A stretch of 61,532 bases of DNA, filler included, from Sphacelaria rigidula (GCA_964200075.2; 8 parts of 8 records of this genome joined end to end with filler, not necessarily neighbours in it), one strand, 5' to 3'; shown: positions 26,330 to 39,606, counted from the first letter of the whole stretch. Translations and numbers: made by a program. Notes: generated by a model not told the origin, from the sequence alone.

Positions 26330-26721
26330 ATGTCTGCACAGGTCAGCAGAGCCACGATGTTTCCGCTGACTGCCTGTACATACTGAAAATAATATGTAAA
26401 CCATGCCATTAACACCAACTTGCATCTTCGACCAAATGCTATTTTTTGGCACCAATGTCACGACATTTGCTTTGGTGGCGGTTCGCCATGTGCTGCTCTG
26501 TTCTGTGGGGATGTGTACAAAGGACAACCTCACGTATCATGGGCGAATGCCCTTTCACCCCTTGGCTTGTAGAGGACGAGTTCACCGATGAAACACGGCC
26601 GTCTTGTGACAGACGTTTTCGGGACAGAACCCAAGGCATGCGCGACGCTGCTGCTCATGGTTTCCAAATTTCCGTACTTTCTCGTTCTAGCACGATGTCA
26701 GGCACGCCTTTCACTGCAGGT

Positions 26722-28086
26722 CAGAGTTGCACATCGGATATCGATAATCGATACGATTTCGATAAATATCGGCGATATACCATATCGGTATAGGAGCGTA
26801 GAAAATCGATCTTTGTGAAATGTATTAGTATCGAATATCAGTATCGAATATCGATATGCTCGATATTTTTGTTTATTTTTCGTCACATTAGCTCAATTTC
26901 TCGAAACCGTCGTCACAGTAGTAACCAACTTGCTTCTGTATGTTTGGTATTTCCGCAATGTCTACAAGTTGCACTTGCGAGTATAGCTGTAGAGCGCTTG
27001 CACGGTGTGCAAATGGACGCAGTATCTATTCGTAGGATAGGAGGCGACAGAGTACCCGCTGGTGCGTCGTGAGTTTGGTGATAACATTCAGCGGGGGTGT
27101 TCACCAACGGTAACATACGGGTGGCGTGGCGGAGTAGATGATGTAATATCACGATCAATGCAAAGCTGCAGATAACAGTCGAAAACAGCTATCCTTCGGA
27201 GTATGAGGAGGTGGTACTGTCGCTTCGCCTTTCCTTCATGTTTGACGAGTGTTGGATTTATTTTCCCCTCCATCCATCAGTCTGGACATTCCAATTGTTG
27301 CAAGCTTGGTGTTTTTTTTTCCTTGATTGATGACATACAAATATATATAAATATATCGAATTGACGCATGCTGCCGACGTTTCCTGTTATTGGTAGTGAA
27401 AAACGTTGAAAAAAACGCATATTTGAGTTGGTGCATGTTCGAGGTTTGCCACGTTGTATTTTCTCATGAATGTGCAAAGTCGAGGTATGCGCTAATTCGA
27501 TCGAAATACGCAGAATAGCGGCCGTAGAAATGAAAACAGTATAATCGACACCACACCCGGCCCGCTGTGATCAACCACCTCTTGCGCGATGACGAAATAT
27601 ATTCGTAAGACGGCTGTATCACCGCATGCCGCCGCTGCTATGATATCATTTTGCACACTACCCGCTGCTGTACACCATGTGTCCCCTGCTGTCCGCTGAA
27701 AACTACCGTAGGTTGCCTAAGATGCCACACCCTCAGGAGCGAATTTCAAAGCTTGATTACTTTCTCTCTACGGGATGGTTGCAACGCCGCCCAGTTCAGC
27801 CCTGGCGTCGCCTCTGGCGAGGAGTAAGTAAGCTTTTGAAAATCTGTCTAGGGGACGTGGTACCGTATGCGACCTACGATAGCGAGTGAGGGTGTCAGTG
27901 TGCCGGTGTACTGCTCGGTCTTGTACACTGCGGCTATACCAAAACAGTCGTATCGTATCGAATATCGTACTCGATACGTATCGTGTCATTTTCAGAACAT
28001 CGACAAAAATATCGGTATCGGCCGTTGTGGTCCGATATTCTAAAAATATATATCGAACTTTATTCTCGGTCCGATATGCAACCCTG
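26722..28086. mobile_element. Non-autonomous hAT-superfamily element, copy 2 (diverged sibling of copy 1)
   Basis: TIR CAGAGTTGCACATCGGA / TCCGATATGCAACCCTG. TSD CTGCAGGT / CTGCAGAT (7 of 8 match). Colinear with copy 1 along its full length. Confidence 0.9.
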
Positions 28087-28549
28087 CTGCAGATGCGTTG
28101 GTGTGTGGCGGCCACAACTGCTGCTGTTCGTGTTCTTGTCTTGTTATCTTTGCAATGGTGGTAAACGCGAGGTGGCAGCTCGGGGGCGTGCGTTTCCCGA
28201 GTAGTACAGCAGCTGAACACTAGTGCACCAAGACTTCCCACCCACTGATCTGGAGCGAGTTATCCGGAGGAACAACATCATCTCAACACCGAGCACTCAC
28301 AGGCTTGAGGATATGTAGCATGTTTATAGTACATTTCATATGAGTTAGGTCGTTGTTTCTAGGTAACGCATGTATTTTTGATTGATATGATTCGCCTGAT
28401 TACGGTCCAGTTCTTACGCATATAGCGTTCGTGATCCATTTTCCCGAAATATAGTACCCAAAATCGGGCCCCATTCCCACCCATAACAGTGATTATCAAT
28501 AGTATCGATGTCTGTGACCACGGGTTCGCGAGATCGTACTAATGTGCGG

Positions 28550-28550
28550 A

Positions 28551-28622
<72 letters not shown>
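28550..28622. repeat. (AAT)n microsatellite
   Basis: Uninterrupted AAT run. Confidence 0.95.
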
Positions 28623-28625
<3 letters not shown>

Positions 28626-28822
28626 CAGTAATAATCGATGCAGACCGGGCCATCAGCGACTTCCCCTGCCGCATCTGTGACTGTGACACCATCCTCTAAT
28701 ACCAATCTACACATTCTCCAAGTTCCGGCGTCATCTGACACGAGGGGCGGATTCTCTTCACGCCTAAGCTGCCAAAACAACGCCTCCATATTATCGAAAA
28801 GGAATAACACCGCATACCCCAC

Positions 28823-29163
28823 CTGCAAATATGTCGCGCCAGGTCGGACGACGATATACTGTTCCGAAATATAAGCTAGCGCGAAGGACCTACGGATCAG
28901 AAGATGTTTCGGCGTAACCAAACAAAAGCACACAACTGAAACCAAATAGACTCGTCCCTCACCGACACAGATATCTTCCTTGCTTTCTTGTTTGATATCT
29001 TTGCACGTGCCAGCCAACCCTGGCTCTCTCCGGAAGCTGCTCCTTTCTCGGCCTGGACATTCTTGACTGTTACGTACACTGTGCCCGCGGCGCGCTGTGT
29101 GCATAGCGCGAACATCTGATGCAATTCGCTGAAAAATTCATCGGTAGATTGTAATAGCACCAT
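28823..29163 (-). CDS. SRP14: Signal recognition particle 14 kDa subunit. Exon 1 is 28963-29163; putative exon 2 is 28823-28858; 3' end uncertain, possibly degenerate.
   Basis: MVLLQSTDEFFSELHQMFALCTQRAAGTVYVTVKN...WLARAK..KKARKISVS follows the SRP14 pattern (MVLL..eqFL.EL..lF......GsVyiTlK...L.RA..kKKIS). Donor gtgagg. Confidence 0.8.
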
Positions 29164-30007
29164 GGAATTCCGCGGTCAGAGTCTCTGGCAAGTGCAGATG
29201 TGGGCAAGGTGATTGGCAGCCACACTGCGGCTTGAATGCCAAACTTTACAGACAGACTAACTCTATGCTCGTTGGAGTAGTGACGGGACGGTCAGCGCAA
29301 GCGGAGTGAATACTTGTTGAAGAAAAAAGTATTGGGCATTTTTACTGTCACGTTTTTTATCACCCTCCAGCCTCAAAACGAGAGGTGGAAGTCAACAAAC
29401 TCTATGAAGCAATGACCCGCAGAAGTAATCAAGCAGCTGTAAAAATAAGCATTGCAATGCCGTCGAAGATGTCTAGCTCAATTCTATGTAGCGAACAAAC
29501 TGATGATGGATACTCTTTTGGGAGAGCAAATAGACTCTCCTCGTACGGAACTACATGTCATTTTCCACTGTCGTCCCACGAGCACCTGGCGCCTGGTTGC
29601 ACTTTGGTCGGTATGCGACAGCTGTAATTTGTTCATCGCCTCGTTCTCAAGACAGGAATCAAACCGGGCTGTGGCACTTCACACACCCACACACCCCGCA
29701 AACGCACTAGATGTAGTCACGACCATTGTGGATTCGCTCTATTCGCCACAGCAGACCCAAAAAGCCCCCAAAACGTTCAAGTAGACGCGTTTTGAAGTAC
29801 ATTTTGGGTTTGGTGCAGCGGTTTGCAGAGTGCTGCGGCCTCCGCGGCACGCGTTCCGGAAATCCGAGCCACGAGTGACTAGTTCTGGTGTGTGGGAAGT
29901 GCACGTATCAAACAGCAGCCCAATTCTCTGCGTGGTTGCCGAGAAAATCGCGTTAAAAGATCGGGACTTGTTGGTCGAGGAGCAGCAGCGTTTTTCGAGG
30001 TCGAAAA

Positions 30008-30698
30008 TGGGAAATTCCCGGAAGATCGGTCTTGTTTCGAAACGGAAGAGGAGAATGAAATCCCGCGAAGCGTGGACAAAGTACAAGGAAAGAACCGGCC
30101 AAGACTTATCCTGTGCCTTGACAGTCGGACGCAAGCTCAAGGCCGATCCTCAATACGCGGAGAAGGCCGATAGAAAGCTCAAGGAGGTCACCGAAAAGCT
30201 CAAGGTAGCCAACGAAGACCTCGAGGCGAGCCGGGCTGCGTGTTATTCAGCGGAGCAATCGCTGACATTGGCGGAAAAGAAAAACGCCGAGTATGAAAAA
30301 GTTTGGAGTTGGCGCAGACGGTCGCGCGTGCATCCGAACCGGTCTTATTTGCAGAAAGAAAACAAAGGCACGCGGCAGAAGCGGCGTGGTTCGCAGAAAA
30401 ACATGCCAGACACGGGGCGGAAGCGGCGTGGCTCGCAGAAAAACAACAAAGGCATGCGGCACAAGCGGCACTGTCAGCAGAGAATGAGCGGCGGCGTCTG
30501 ATGCAGGCGGAAGCCGCTTCGACTAAGATGGAGTTGGTGGCGTTGGAAATCCGGGTGATTGCGCTAGCGAAGGACACGGCAACAATTCTTGACGGGATGG
30601 GCATGACACCACCTCCGCCGGACAAGTTAGACTTTTCGGCTAATCCTCTCGAGAATCAGGTTTTATTGCAGAGGATGGCGATTTTTTTTTTTCCTTGA
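30008..30698 (+). pseudogene. Intronless coiled-coil ORF with 14-aa tandem repeats, broken by a frameshift near 30300
   Basis: MGNSRKIGLVSKRKRR...KLKEVTEKLKVANEDLE...AEYEK continues in another frame as ELAQTV...AERKQRHAAEAAWF/AEKHARHGAEAAWL/AEKQQRHAAQAALS. Confidence 0.5.
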
Positions 30699-32137
30699 TG
30701 GAAGGAGGAAACCCAANNNNNNNNNNNNNNNNNNNNNNNNNNNNNNNNNNNNNNNNNNNNTTAATTAATTAANNNNNNNNNNNNNNNNNNNNNNNNNNNN
30801 NNNNNNNNNNNNNNNNCCTTTCGGGCAATGAGGCAGAAGAAATCGTGAATTTGGTGATTTTGAGTCGTGATGATTTGTCCTAACCGTGGAATCGTTGAAT
30901 CGACCACGTGCTTCGAAACGTGCACTGCTGGGTGTTGTACCCCATACTATGTTGGCCGTACTCGAACATAAGTTGTCTACAGTAATACCGCAGTTGCCAG
31001 GCACTGTACAACCTGCCTACAATTCATCTGCTCGGTTACGCAGGCGCGTTCTGCTGCTGCACCCTCGTGCCGTTGATGCTCATCTACGCATTGAAGTAGT
31101 GTTACCTGCAGCGTATTATGTGATACGATGCTCAAATTGTTTGAAGAGCTCGTGTATGTTGTTTGTTTCTTTCAGGATTATCGGCGTGGCGTGTACTGTA
31201 GTAGTCAGGTGTGAGCGCATTCCTATGGTTGTCCTGTGGTGCAGTCGTTTCCTCTCTGGCTGGGTGAACATGCTGTCGTATTTCCTTCCGTCGATGTTTG
31301 GCGGAGAGAGTCAATATAGGGGTAGACGCTGCTGTGTTTCAACTCGCGACTCTTTCTTCACGAAACATGTTACAATAGATGCGGCACGAATCCTCGTTTT
31401 CGCAACGGGTTTGAAATCGATTTGGGGCATATGGTCGCCGATCAATTTACAATCGGCTGATGCCAAGGCACTACCTTTGTGCTATACCGAGAGTCCCATA
31501 ATTTCACGAAGATGCCAGAAGGTGTCCGGTAATCCTTCACCTAGACAACCTCGGACAGGAGGCATGACGTGTGGTGGTCTAGGTTGCGGTCATGCTTGGG
31601 CGACGGCTGAAGTAGCGTGTAGGATTTCGGAACAAACTTGTTCCAGTCATTGTCATGGGGTACGCCTACACCCTGAAAACTCGCGAGGTTATTCGGAAGC
31701 AGCTTCGATGCATCGATTCGATCCTTTGCTGGAGAGCATTCGCAAGACATTTGGCTAATCATTTATGCCAGAATTTCAATTATTCACACGTACGGCATAT
31801 CGATGTGGAACAGACAAGACGTCTAATATTCCGACATCTTTCGACTACCAGTCTATTGTAAGAGGAGCGTGTTCCCTCTTGTCCTTTCGGTCACCGGGGA
31901 AAACAGCTGGTTCACTTTTTACATGAACCGTTTGAGCTCAAAAGTGCAGCGGTCGTTTTTTTATATGATTTCGACGTAATATGGTCAGCTTGATTTGTCA
32001 GCTGATAGCTGTCACTTCAAAAACCGAAACAGACCTAAAGAAACGTGTATAATAATTTATTGACACTTCGAAAACCGAAGCATACCTGAAGAAATGTGTC
32101 CTGTAACTGATTGATTAAAAATAATGATTTCCCAAGG

Positions 32138-32252
32138 TCAGTACAGTACAGTACAGTACAGTACAACACATGACACTGCAGCACAGCACAGTACAACACA
32201 TGACACTGCAGCACAGCACAGTACAACACGGTAAAGTACAGTACAGTACAGT
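32138..32252. repeat. Degenerate pentanucleotide satellite (CAGTA/CAGCA)n with a 30-bp duplication
   Basis: cagtacagta runs plus the repeated unit cagtacaacacatgacactgcagcacagca. Confidence 0.85.
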
Positions 32253-34949
32253 AAAGTAAAGCAAACATGCAGTACTGAGGAGCCGCAAGTGCACTACACA
32301 CGTTGACAGATAGCATCCTGTGGGGCGCACTGTGCAGGGTCCGTACAGGGCCCTCCACAGTCTCTGTGAAAAACCGTGACAGGGAAATGCAAAATCTGTA
32401 CCCCTCGTAGCGTTTTGATGAGGTTTTCCCCAGGGTTGGATTTGCAGCCCTGTGTAGGCACGTCAGCAAAGCCCTGCACAGTCATGTGGTAGTGTTTTGG
32501 TGGAAAAACCTCAAGTTTCTCTTTTGAAAATTCCAAAGATTTGGGTACAAAATCTGTAAATTCGTATATCTTCAATAGCTTGTCCTCCTGTCCGAGGTAA
32601 ATTCCTCTTCACCCGATTTGAATAGAGCGAAAAGGAATTCATTTTGGACAGAAGGATAAGCTCTTCAAAACAGATCCTTTTCTCGCCCATTCTTGAGATG
32701 AGCGAAGAAGGATCTATTTCGAACAGCTCCTCTTGCTGCGCAAATCCCATGCACACTGGCAGATTCGGAATTTGACCGGCAGAAGAAGCTCGAAATGAAA
32801 TTTTACTTTTCCCTCGAACTCGTCAAGAGATCGGGGGAAAAGAAATCTATGGCGAGCAGCGTCAGCTGCTGGGCAAATCTCGCATACTGCATCGTCACCG
32901 GCGCATGGGATCCGACACGCAGAAAAACTTGCTGAAAGGTTTTCGTCCTTTTACCCCCGAGTCCATGTGTACATGGGCTAAAGGATGAATAGCTCTCAAC
33001 CGCTTGCGCTGAATAGAGATCCCACATGTTGGATACGTGTGTATGTCCACACCTGTGCTTCGTGCGAAGCCCCTGGGAAGGTGGGAAGATGCTAGATGAT
33101 CGGGTATACCTCGTCAATATATTCACATTGAAAAAAAAAAGACGTCTTCCGTCGTCTACTAACACGAACCATGTTCAGAAAATATCACTTAATCAATCGT
33201 ATATGAATAGTATATATGTGGACCATCACTCCGTATATTTATCGCACCGCACACAAATCAAACATCAACAAAAGCACCCGCCCGCACAACAGTGTTATTA
33301 TTCCGCCCAGCTATACCACCACAACCCCGCAGCAAAGAGCACGGGTTGGGCACAGGGATATAGACACATACACACTGCCGTGCGGCGGGTGGATATGATG
33401 TATTTCTCGTTGGTGGAAACTTGAGCACCTACTTCTTTCATGGTCGCGACATCGCGCGGCGACGACATACGCGGGGTGCGTATATATACAGGCACGGATG
33501 CGAAGAACAATAATCAACCGGCCGCCTATGGTATGCATATACACACTCACCATCATATGCATGCTGCAGATCGCGGACGCACCGCGATATAACATACTGT
33601 AGTGCAGCATACAGGCCGCCCGTACGATATGCTGCACGCTGTTCAAGTCCTTTTCACATCGCACTGTAGGTAGAGAACATACATATACACATTGTCCTGC
33701 GCTGCGTGTACTGTATACTTTTCTCCTTCCCTTTTACGCCCTACTTACTGTGCTGCAGCAGCTGTGCGCGCAAATATATGACGTGGAACGGGCGTGAAAA
33801 ACTGGAGTTCGTGACGGTATATACCATCCGCCCCGTGTATCAAAATAAGCTGCAGGCATCTATACATTGTATTTATAGACAGCCATCTGCAGTACATGGC
33901 GCCGCACGTATAAGCACGGCGGTATAGCGCACTGTCCCGCATGCAATGGTATTGTACAGTCCAGTATAGTTTATTGTTGTGAATGTATATCCCGATTACC
34001 CACTATGCGATAAGATCGATGTTTCATTATCCCCTGTATGTTGTGTTAGTTTCGTCGTCGCGGGACTACGGGGTTTTCATCAGGTGTATGCATCTATGAG
34101 CGAGGTCAATTCCTTTCTATTATTATGACGTGAGCTGCAACAAAAGCTTTTCCCGCGGTTAATCTTAGCTCCGAAATTCTGCGGTTTTCTCGTCGCTACC
34201 GTGATCTTAGGCTGATGGCATACAAAGTAGAAGGAATTTCCCCGGAATGCATTAAGCTGTGACTTTCCTTACCTTCCATTAGCAGCGTGCACGAAGCAAG
34301 GGAGGGGGATGTTACGGCGGATATCGACTGTATGTGTAGTAGGCGCTTTGCAGTATGCGTGGCAACTGCAGTAGGTCTTATTCCATTCGCATGTTGGTCT
34401 TGTATTCCAATCGGGCGCCCTTGACCAGAGCCCACCGCCCTCACAACTTCCACCACCCAGCAACTTCAGTTGTAGCTAACCAGTAGCTAAGCCTAATGAC
34501 GGAGCTATTAGCCACCACTTGGAGACACCTCGCTTGCAAGTAAGTCAAGAGCACCTCTTCTGCACGTGAAAGTGAGTCCCTGCTTGGCCTTGCGATGCAG
34601 TGCTTATCGGACTCGATGGTCTGTTACTCACGAGCTCAAGGATCATTCCTCTCGACTGCGATTGTTCAATGTGGCCAGCCGCTGGCCTCGTATCACCCGG
34701 GGCCGGGCGTGTGCTTTGAGAGTGACGCCAGTATCACCTCGTGATCAGACCACGACAGTACAATGAGTCATTGTCGGTCACTACCCAAATGTCGGATTAT
34801 AGTCCTTGAGCGTGCCGCAATTTTGATTCCAAACGGAACGTCATCTAAAATTCCATGTTTCGCGCCGTCCCGTCCCTCCCTCGCCGGGAAACGCACGCAC
34901 ACCTGCACGCACGCGCGGGGTCGGGGGGTTGGTCGTTGTACTGCCGCAG

Positions 34950-35075
34950 GCGTTCACCTCCGAGCTGTCGAAAGTCTGTCAGAACGGCGAAGTATCGGTG
35001 CGAGGAGGAACGTTTCAAGTCCAAGGAGATCACGTGACCAACGTGAAGCGATGGTTGGTAGGATTAGGCTTTTGA
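34950..35075 (+). CDS. MRPL49: Terminal exon of a mitochondrial ribosomal protein mL49/Img2-like protein (SUI1-like fold)
   Basis: gccgcag|AFTSELSKVCQNGEVSVRGGTFQVQGDHVTNVKRWLVGLGF* fits the Img2/mL49 C-terminus (G.i.vkGdH...vk.WL...GF-stop). It is absent from the ORF track. Upstream exons were not found. Confidence 0.6.
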   Translation, partial: AFTSELSKVCQNGEVSVRGGTFQVQGDHVTNVKRWLVGLGF

Positions 35076-38000
35076 TTTACTCCTTACGTTTCAGGAAAAT
35101 CAGCACGGGATCGGGTTGGAGAGGGGAAAACGGGGCGCGCGCGGGGGGACGGGGGGCGGTGAGGGGTACTTATTCATCTAGAAGGGAATTGGAGACTCCC
35201 GCAGCTATGGTATAAAAAGACTATGCCTGGACACGGTGTGGAGTTTCCTTCCGCGAGATGTTCCGTTTTCAAATACCGTGGTTGAGTGCATCTGTATTTT
35301 GTTCACGGGTGGGTTCGGAGCGAATCACGTAATGACAATCAATCAATAAATCAATAACGGTATGTTTTGCGGTACATGTCTTTACCCCAGATGAGATGGC
35401 GAATCAAAAGGCAGCCGGGAACCTCGCTGTTACCGGGTGGTGCAGGTCGCTGCGCGGTATTGAGGCCCTTTCCTGCAATCCCTACAATGCGTTTTACCTT
35501 TTCGACACGTCAGCATTTTGTAGGAGTTCTGTCTTGATGACGAACATTCGGGACGGGGACGGAATGGGGGTTTGTGCCGCCAATTTTGAGCTAGAGGCGT
35601 CGCTTTGTTCAGACACTACTGCGGCAGAGTGCTAGAGATTTAGCGTTACAGATGCCCTCTATTCGACGTGTAGTGTCGAGTTCTCTTCCCCTGTCGGGTA
35701 GCAGAAGGATAAGGAGGCGATTGCCCGCCCGGGTTCGTCCCTCGTTGAATGCCCGTTGGATGGGGTTTGGATCGAGAGGCATCGCCCACGTAAAAGTAGT
35801 GGCCATTGGGCTTTTGCAAGGATTGTGCCACGCATATAACGTGGAACATCGGCCGCGATGCGTGAAGGTGACCATGATGAGGTGATCGCGACGGCAGGAG
35901 GCGCAGTCTTGCTCATGTTTGCCAAGCTTTTGAATGCCGAGATAGCACAACTATATCGTGCATGGAAGGCCAGAAGAGTTGCCCCTACCTCAACCATGAC
36001 GAGGGCTACTGTGCCGTGTCTCCTTCGTCAAACCTTTTTCGTTTTATTCCCTGATGAATCTTCCTAACCGTCTATGATGTCCATCTGGCGTCCATACCCG
36101 CTTCGCGAAGTCAATCTTCCGTACACTCGCGGGACTGCCCGCGGACAACAACGGTAGGAGAAAATCGCACGCATGAGCAACGGGAGAGCTACTAAGCATT
36201 CGAAACTCACACAGCCATTTTACCGCCCACCGCTTGGACGACGTCTGTGGTTGATTTTTTGGCAGAAAATTGTAGCGAAATTTACCAACTGCGGTATATG
36301 GTTAATAGGAAGCATCCAAACTCTCCTCTGACACTCGGCAACGACAACGGTTCGTAGACAACTCGGACGACTAATTGTTGTGCTCTCAATCGGCCATGTG
36401 CTCGAGGGACTTTTTCATACGTCGGATAGCCAATGAGCGACCTCAACTTTACTCCTTATTTGTGAACTGATCCGGGTCATGAGCTCGTTCATCTGACCCC
36501 GTTTCCCGCCTTTGCTCCATACAGAGCTGCACGCCGGGCACGCGGAGTAGCGGAAAAGTAGTGCTTTGACTTTTCGGACGCCACTGTCACGTATTTTTGT
36601 TCTTGGACAAGTGGCTCAAGCGTCCTCCTATCTCAGGTACTTCAGGTACCTCATGAACTGTCTGTACGACTGTTGGGCTTTTTAACTACGCGGTGACCGG
36701 GTGTCGTTTGTCCAGACTAAACGCACGGTACTAGTTGTAACCCACTGAGAATATAGGCCGATATCTAACTCCTGTACCAGATCCCTACTGATTGCGAGCT
36801 GTGCCTTCGACTGTTGTGTGTGGAATAGTTTTGGTTGGTTGGTGAGGTACGGATACACACGAAAGACGGGCCAGCACTGGGGGAGATACGTGTGGCACAA
36901 GCCACATGCGCATCCTTCATTCGCCGGTCCTCATTTCCGCCTTCGCCGAGTCTCCGTTCCGCCATCCTCGACGTTCCATTCGCCGCCGTTTTGCCGGCAT
37001 TTCCCTTCTCCGCTCCATGAAAGCTTTGGAGCAACGTGAAGCAAAAAATGGCCAGTTACGTCTCACTGATTGTTCGGCGCATAAAGCGGGAGACGACCCG
37101 GCGGCGGCAGCAATGGAGGTGCACAGTACATCCTTGTGATCGGTTGTGTTTGTCGGGGTGATGAGGATATTGGTGCGACCGCTTGACCCTCTCGGTGTCA
37201 GGGCGGAAGGGCTCCGACTTCTGCCCGGAACTTGCGTGGGACGTCTCAATTTATGCACATCGGCGTTGTGCAAAGCACGGCGGGGGGAGGGGCCCAGGCG
37301 GAAGGGGAAGAGGTATCAATTTATTCATTATTGGGTTCACGACAACACGTTTAACTGCCCTGCTTCCTCTTCCTTTCCCTTACAGGATAACGGTTCGGTA
37401 CGAGAGTGAAAAATGTTTTCGTGAGATTGAGAATCTACGATACGATTGAGAGCAGGCTTTTCATGGCTTTCAGCGGCCGGGTGTGTCTGCATCATTAATG
37501 GACAAAACGCTTACCTCGCACATTGGTGCAAAATCCTGCCGGCAAACCTGTTGATGTTTCACTGGGTTTCATGCGAAAACGCTTGGTTGAGACGTTGGAG
37601 AATCCTAGTGCGGTAACTGGTGATACTTCCCTCATCTCCGTAGGAAGATGCTTGGGTAGGACATTGGTTGAAAACCGAGACATTCTAAAGGATAGTGTTT
37701 ATTCATCCGTTTTTGGCTGCAAACTCCGCTAACCACAGTAACAGGACAAGTTTCGAAATGTTTCGACAAGTGCAGAGATGAAGTATCGCAACTGTTCCGA
37801 GTATCAAGTCAACACTGTATATCACGAGGGACAAACCCTCAGCCCGCGATACATATGCCACTGATGTCTCACAAAACCCCCGCCTTGTCGTGAGCGAATT
37901 CCAGGTTTGTTCGCTTTTGCGATGCAAAAGAGTATTTCATCATCAGCAGGTAGTTGTTAACGACATTTTGAGCCAAGCCATGGAATCAATCCCTCCTCTG

Positions 38001-38904
38001 AGAGATATTGTGTTGCGAGGATTGCAATTATTGCGCCTGTGGCCGAAACGCCTGGATTCCCGAAAACACTGCACAACTTGATATACGCAGAAGCTGTAAC
38101 CAACCGCGAACAAGACCATATCGACAGCTATATAGCTGCACAATATTTCCGATAACAAGACGAGTATCATGCGCGCGACTTGAAGCCAGTACACAGCCGG
38201 ACAAAATCGGTGGTGCGACGGGGATGGCTACGCATGACAAGCCCCGAACGCCGGGTGTCGGTCAACTCGCTGCGTATCACTCGTCTTCATCTCCGACATC
38301 CATATCTTCATCCCCCACGTCCTCTATAGCGTTTTGTGCTTGTGTAGTTTCTGCAATAGCGGACCACACATGATGCGGAAGTTTCGTGGATGTGGGAAGC
38401 TTAGCGAATTTGCAGCTTATNNNNNNNNNNNNNNNNNNNNNNNNNNNNNNNNNNNNNNNNNNNNTTAATTAATTAANNNNNNNNNNNNNNNNNNNNNNNN
38501 NNNNNNNNNNNNNNNNNNNNCCTCCCCCCCCCCACCCGCCCCTCCCTATCGTAGCATGGCGCGCTAGTCCCCTCCCGTCCAAGAAATATACCCAACAAAA
38601 ACAAGGAAAGCATTTTTTTCAAACAAGACACGGGATTTCTCCTCACAAAAGGCGCTCATTTGAGAGCTGCGATATGCACCACAATCACTGCATGAAGCGA
38701 TAACAGCAAACCATACAGTTCAGCATTCCCATGCTATACGACAGTAAGCCTTAGCCCGAGTTAGTTCACGTTTCTTTTCGGCGGGTCGCGTCTGCGGGTA
38801 GAGCTGCCATCGCACCGCCCGCGTTCCTTCCTCATCTCAGCAATGTGTAAGTCTCGAAAAATACGCGAATGGCACACACGATCTGAACACACGCATTGAC
38901 GTAG

Positions 38905-39153
38905 GGGAACCGAAGTGGCCCGCGCAACACGCCGTCGTCGGGCGCCGGGGGCGGAAAATCGTGCTCTGCAAAGGCGGGTGTTGGCGGGGGCGGAGGGAGC
39001 GGGGGGGGAGGAGGGGGTAATATCCGAAACTTGGGAAGCATTGAGCAACAACAGCGACAGCAACAGCAGCAGCAGCAGCAGCAACGTCACCAGCAGCAGC
39101 AACAAAAGCAGCTACGCCCGTTCACCGGCAGACGCACTACTAGACGGAACCAC

Positions 39154-39184
<31 letters not shown>

Positions 39185-39606
39185 ATCATCAGCAGCAACA
39201 TCAGCGAAGCAAAAAACTACACTCTAGCTTACATTCGCCGAGTCATTCGGGGGCGGCGGACGACACAACCATCTCACGGCCGTACTCGGGGGAATCGGGC
39301 CTGCAACAGCCGGACGCTTCTGCTGCAGGAGGGAGCAGCAGCACCACCAGACCTCCCCATGAATTATCTGGGGCAGGACGATGGGCCAGTGCAGCAGAGG
39401 CCAGCAACGAGAACCACCCGAGGAGTTGGGGAATGACCGATTCGCCGGGACCTGCATGGAGCCACATGAGCGGCGGGGGCAGGGGCGGCGTCGCAGAATT
39501 GTTTCCCTCTTCTTCTCATCGCCCATCCAGTAGTACGGAATTCGCACTGAGGTTGTATGGTGGGGGAGGTGGCGGGGGCAGTACTGGTGCTGGTAGGAAT
39601 AGTTGA
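38905..39606 (+). CDS. Terminal exon of an unknown protein; G/Q/S-rich, low complexity, with polyQ tracts
   Basis: Acceptor cattgacgtag|GGG followed by a 702-nt open frame, GNRSGPRN...polyQ...GAGRNS*. Confidence 0.55.

Noticed and set aside
28414..28692. Poly-Tyr and poly-Leu ORFs
   Set aside because: These are translations of the (AAT)n microsatellite.
30886..31758. 290-aa ORF
   Set aside because: No recognisable motif or splice structure, and it starts inside a dispersed repeat. Probably a chance ORF or the antisense of decayed sequence.
32700..32890. RasGEF-like peptide FAQQLTLLAIDFF
   Set aside because: Very short, and echoed by a second degenerate copy nearby, which suggests DNA subrepeats rather than a coding domain.
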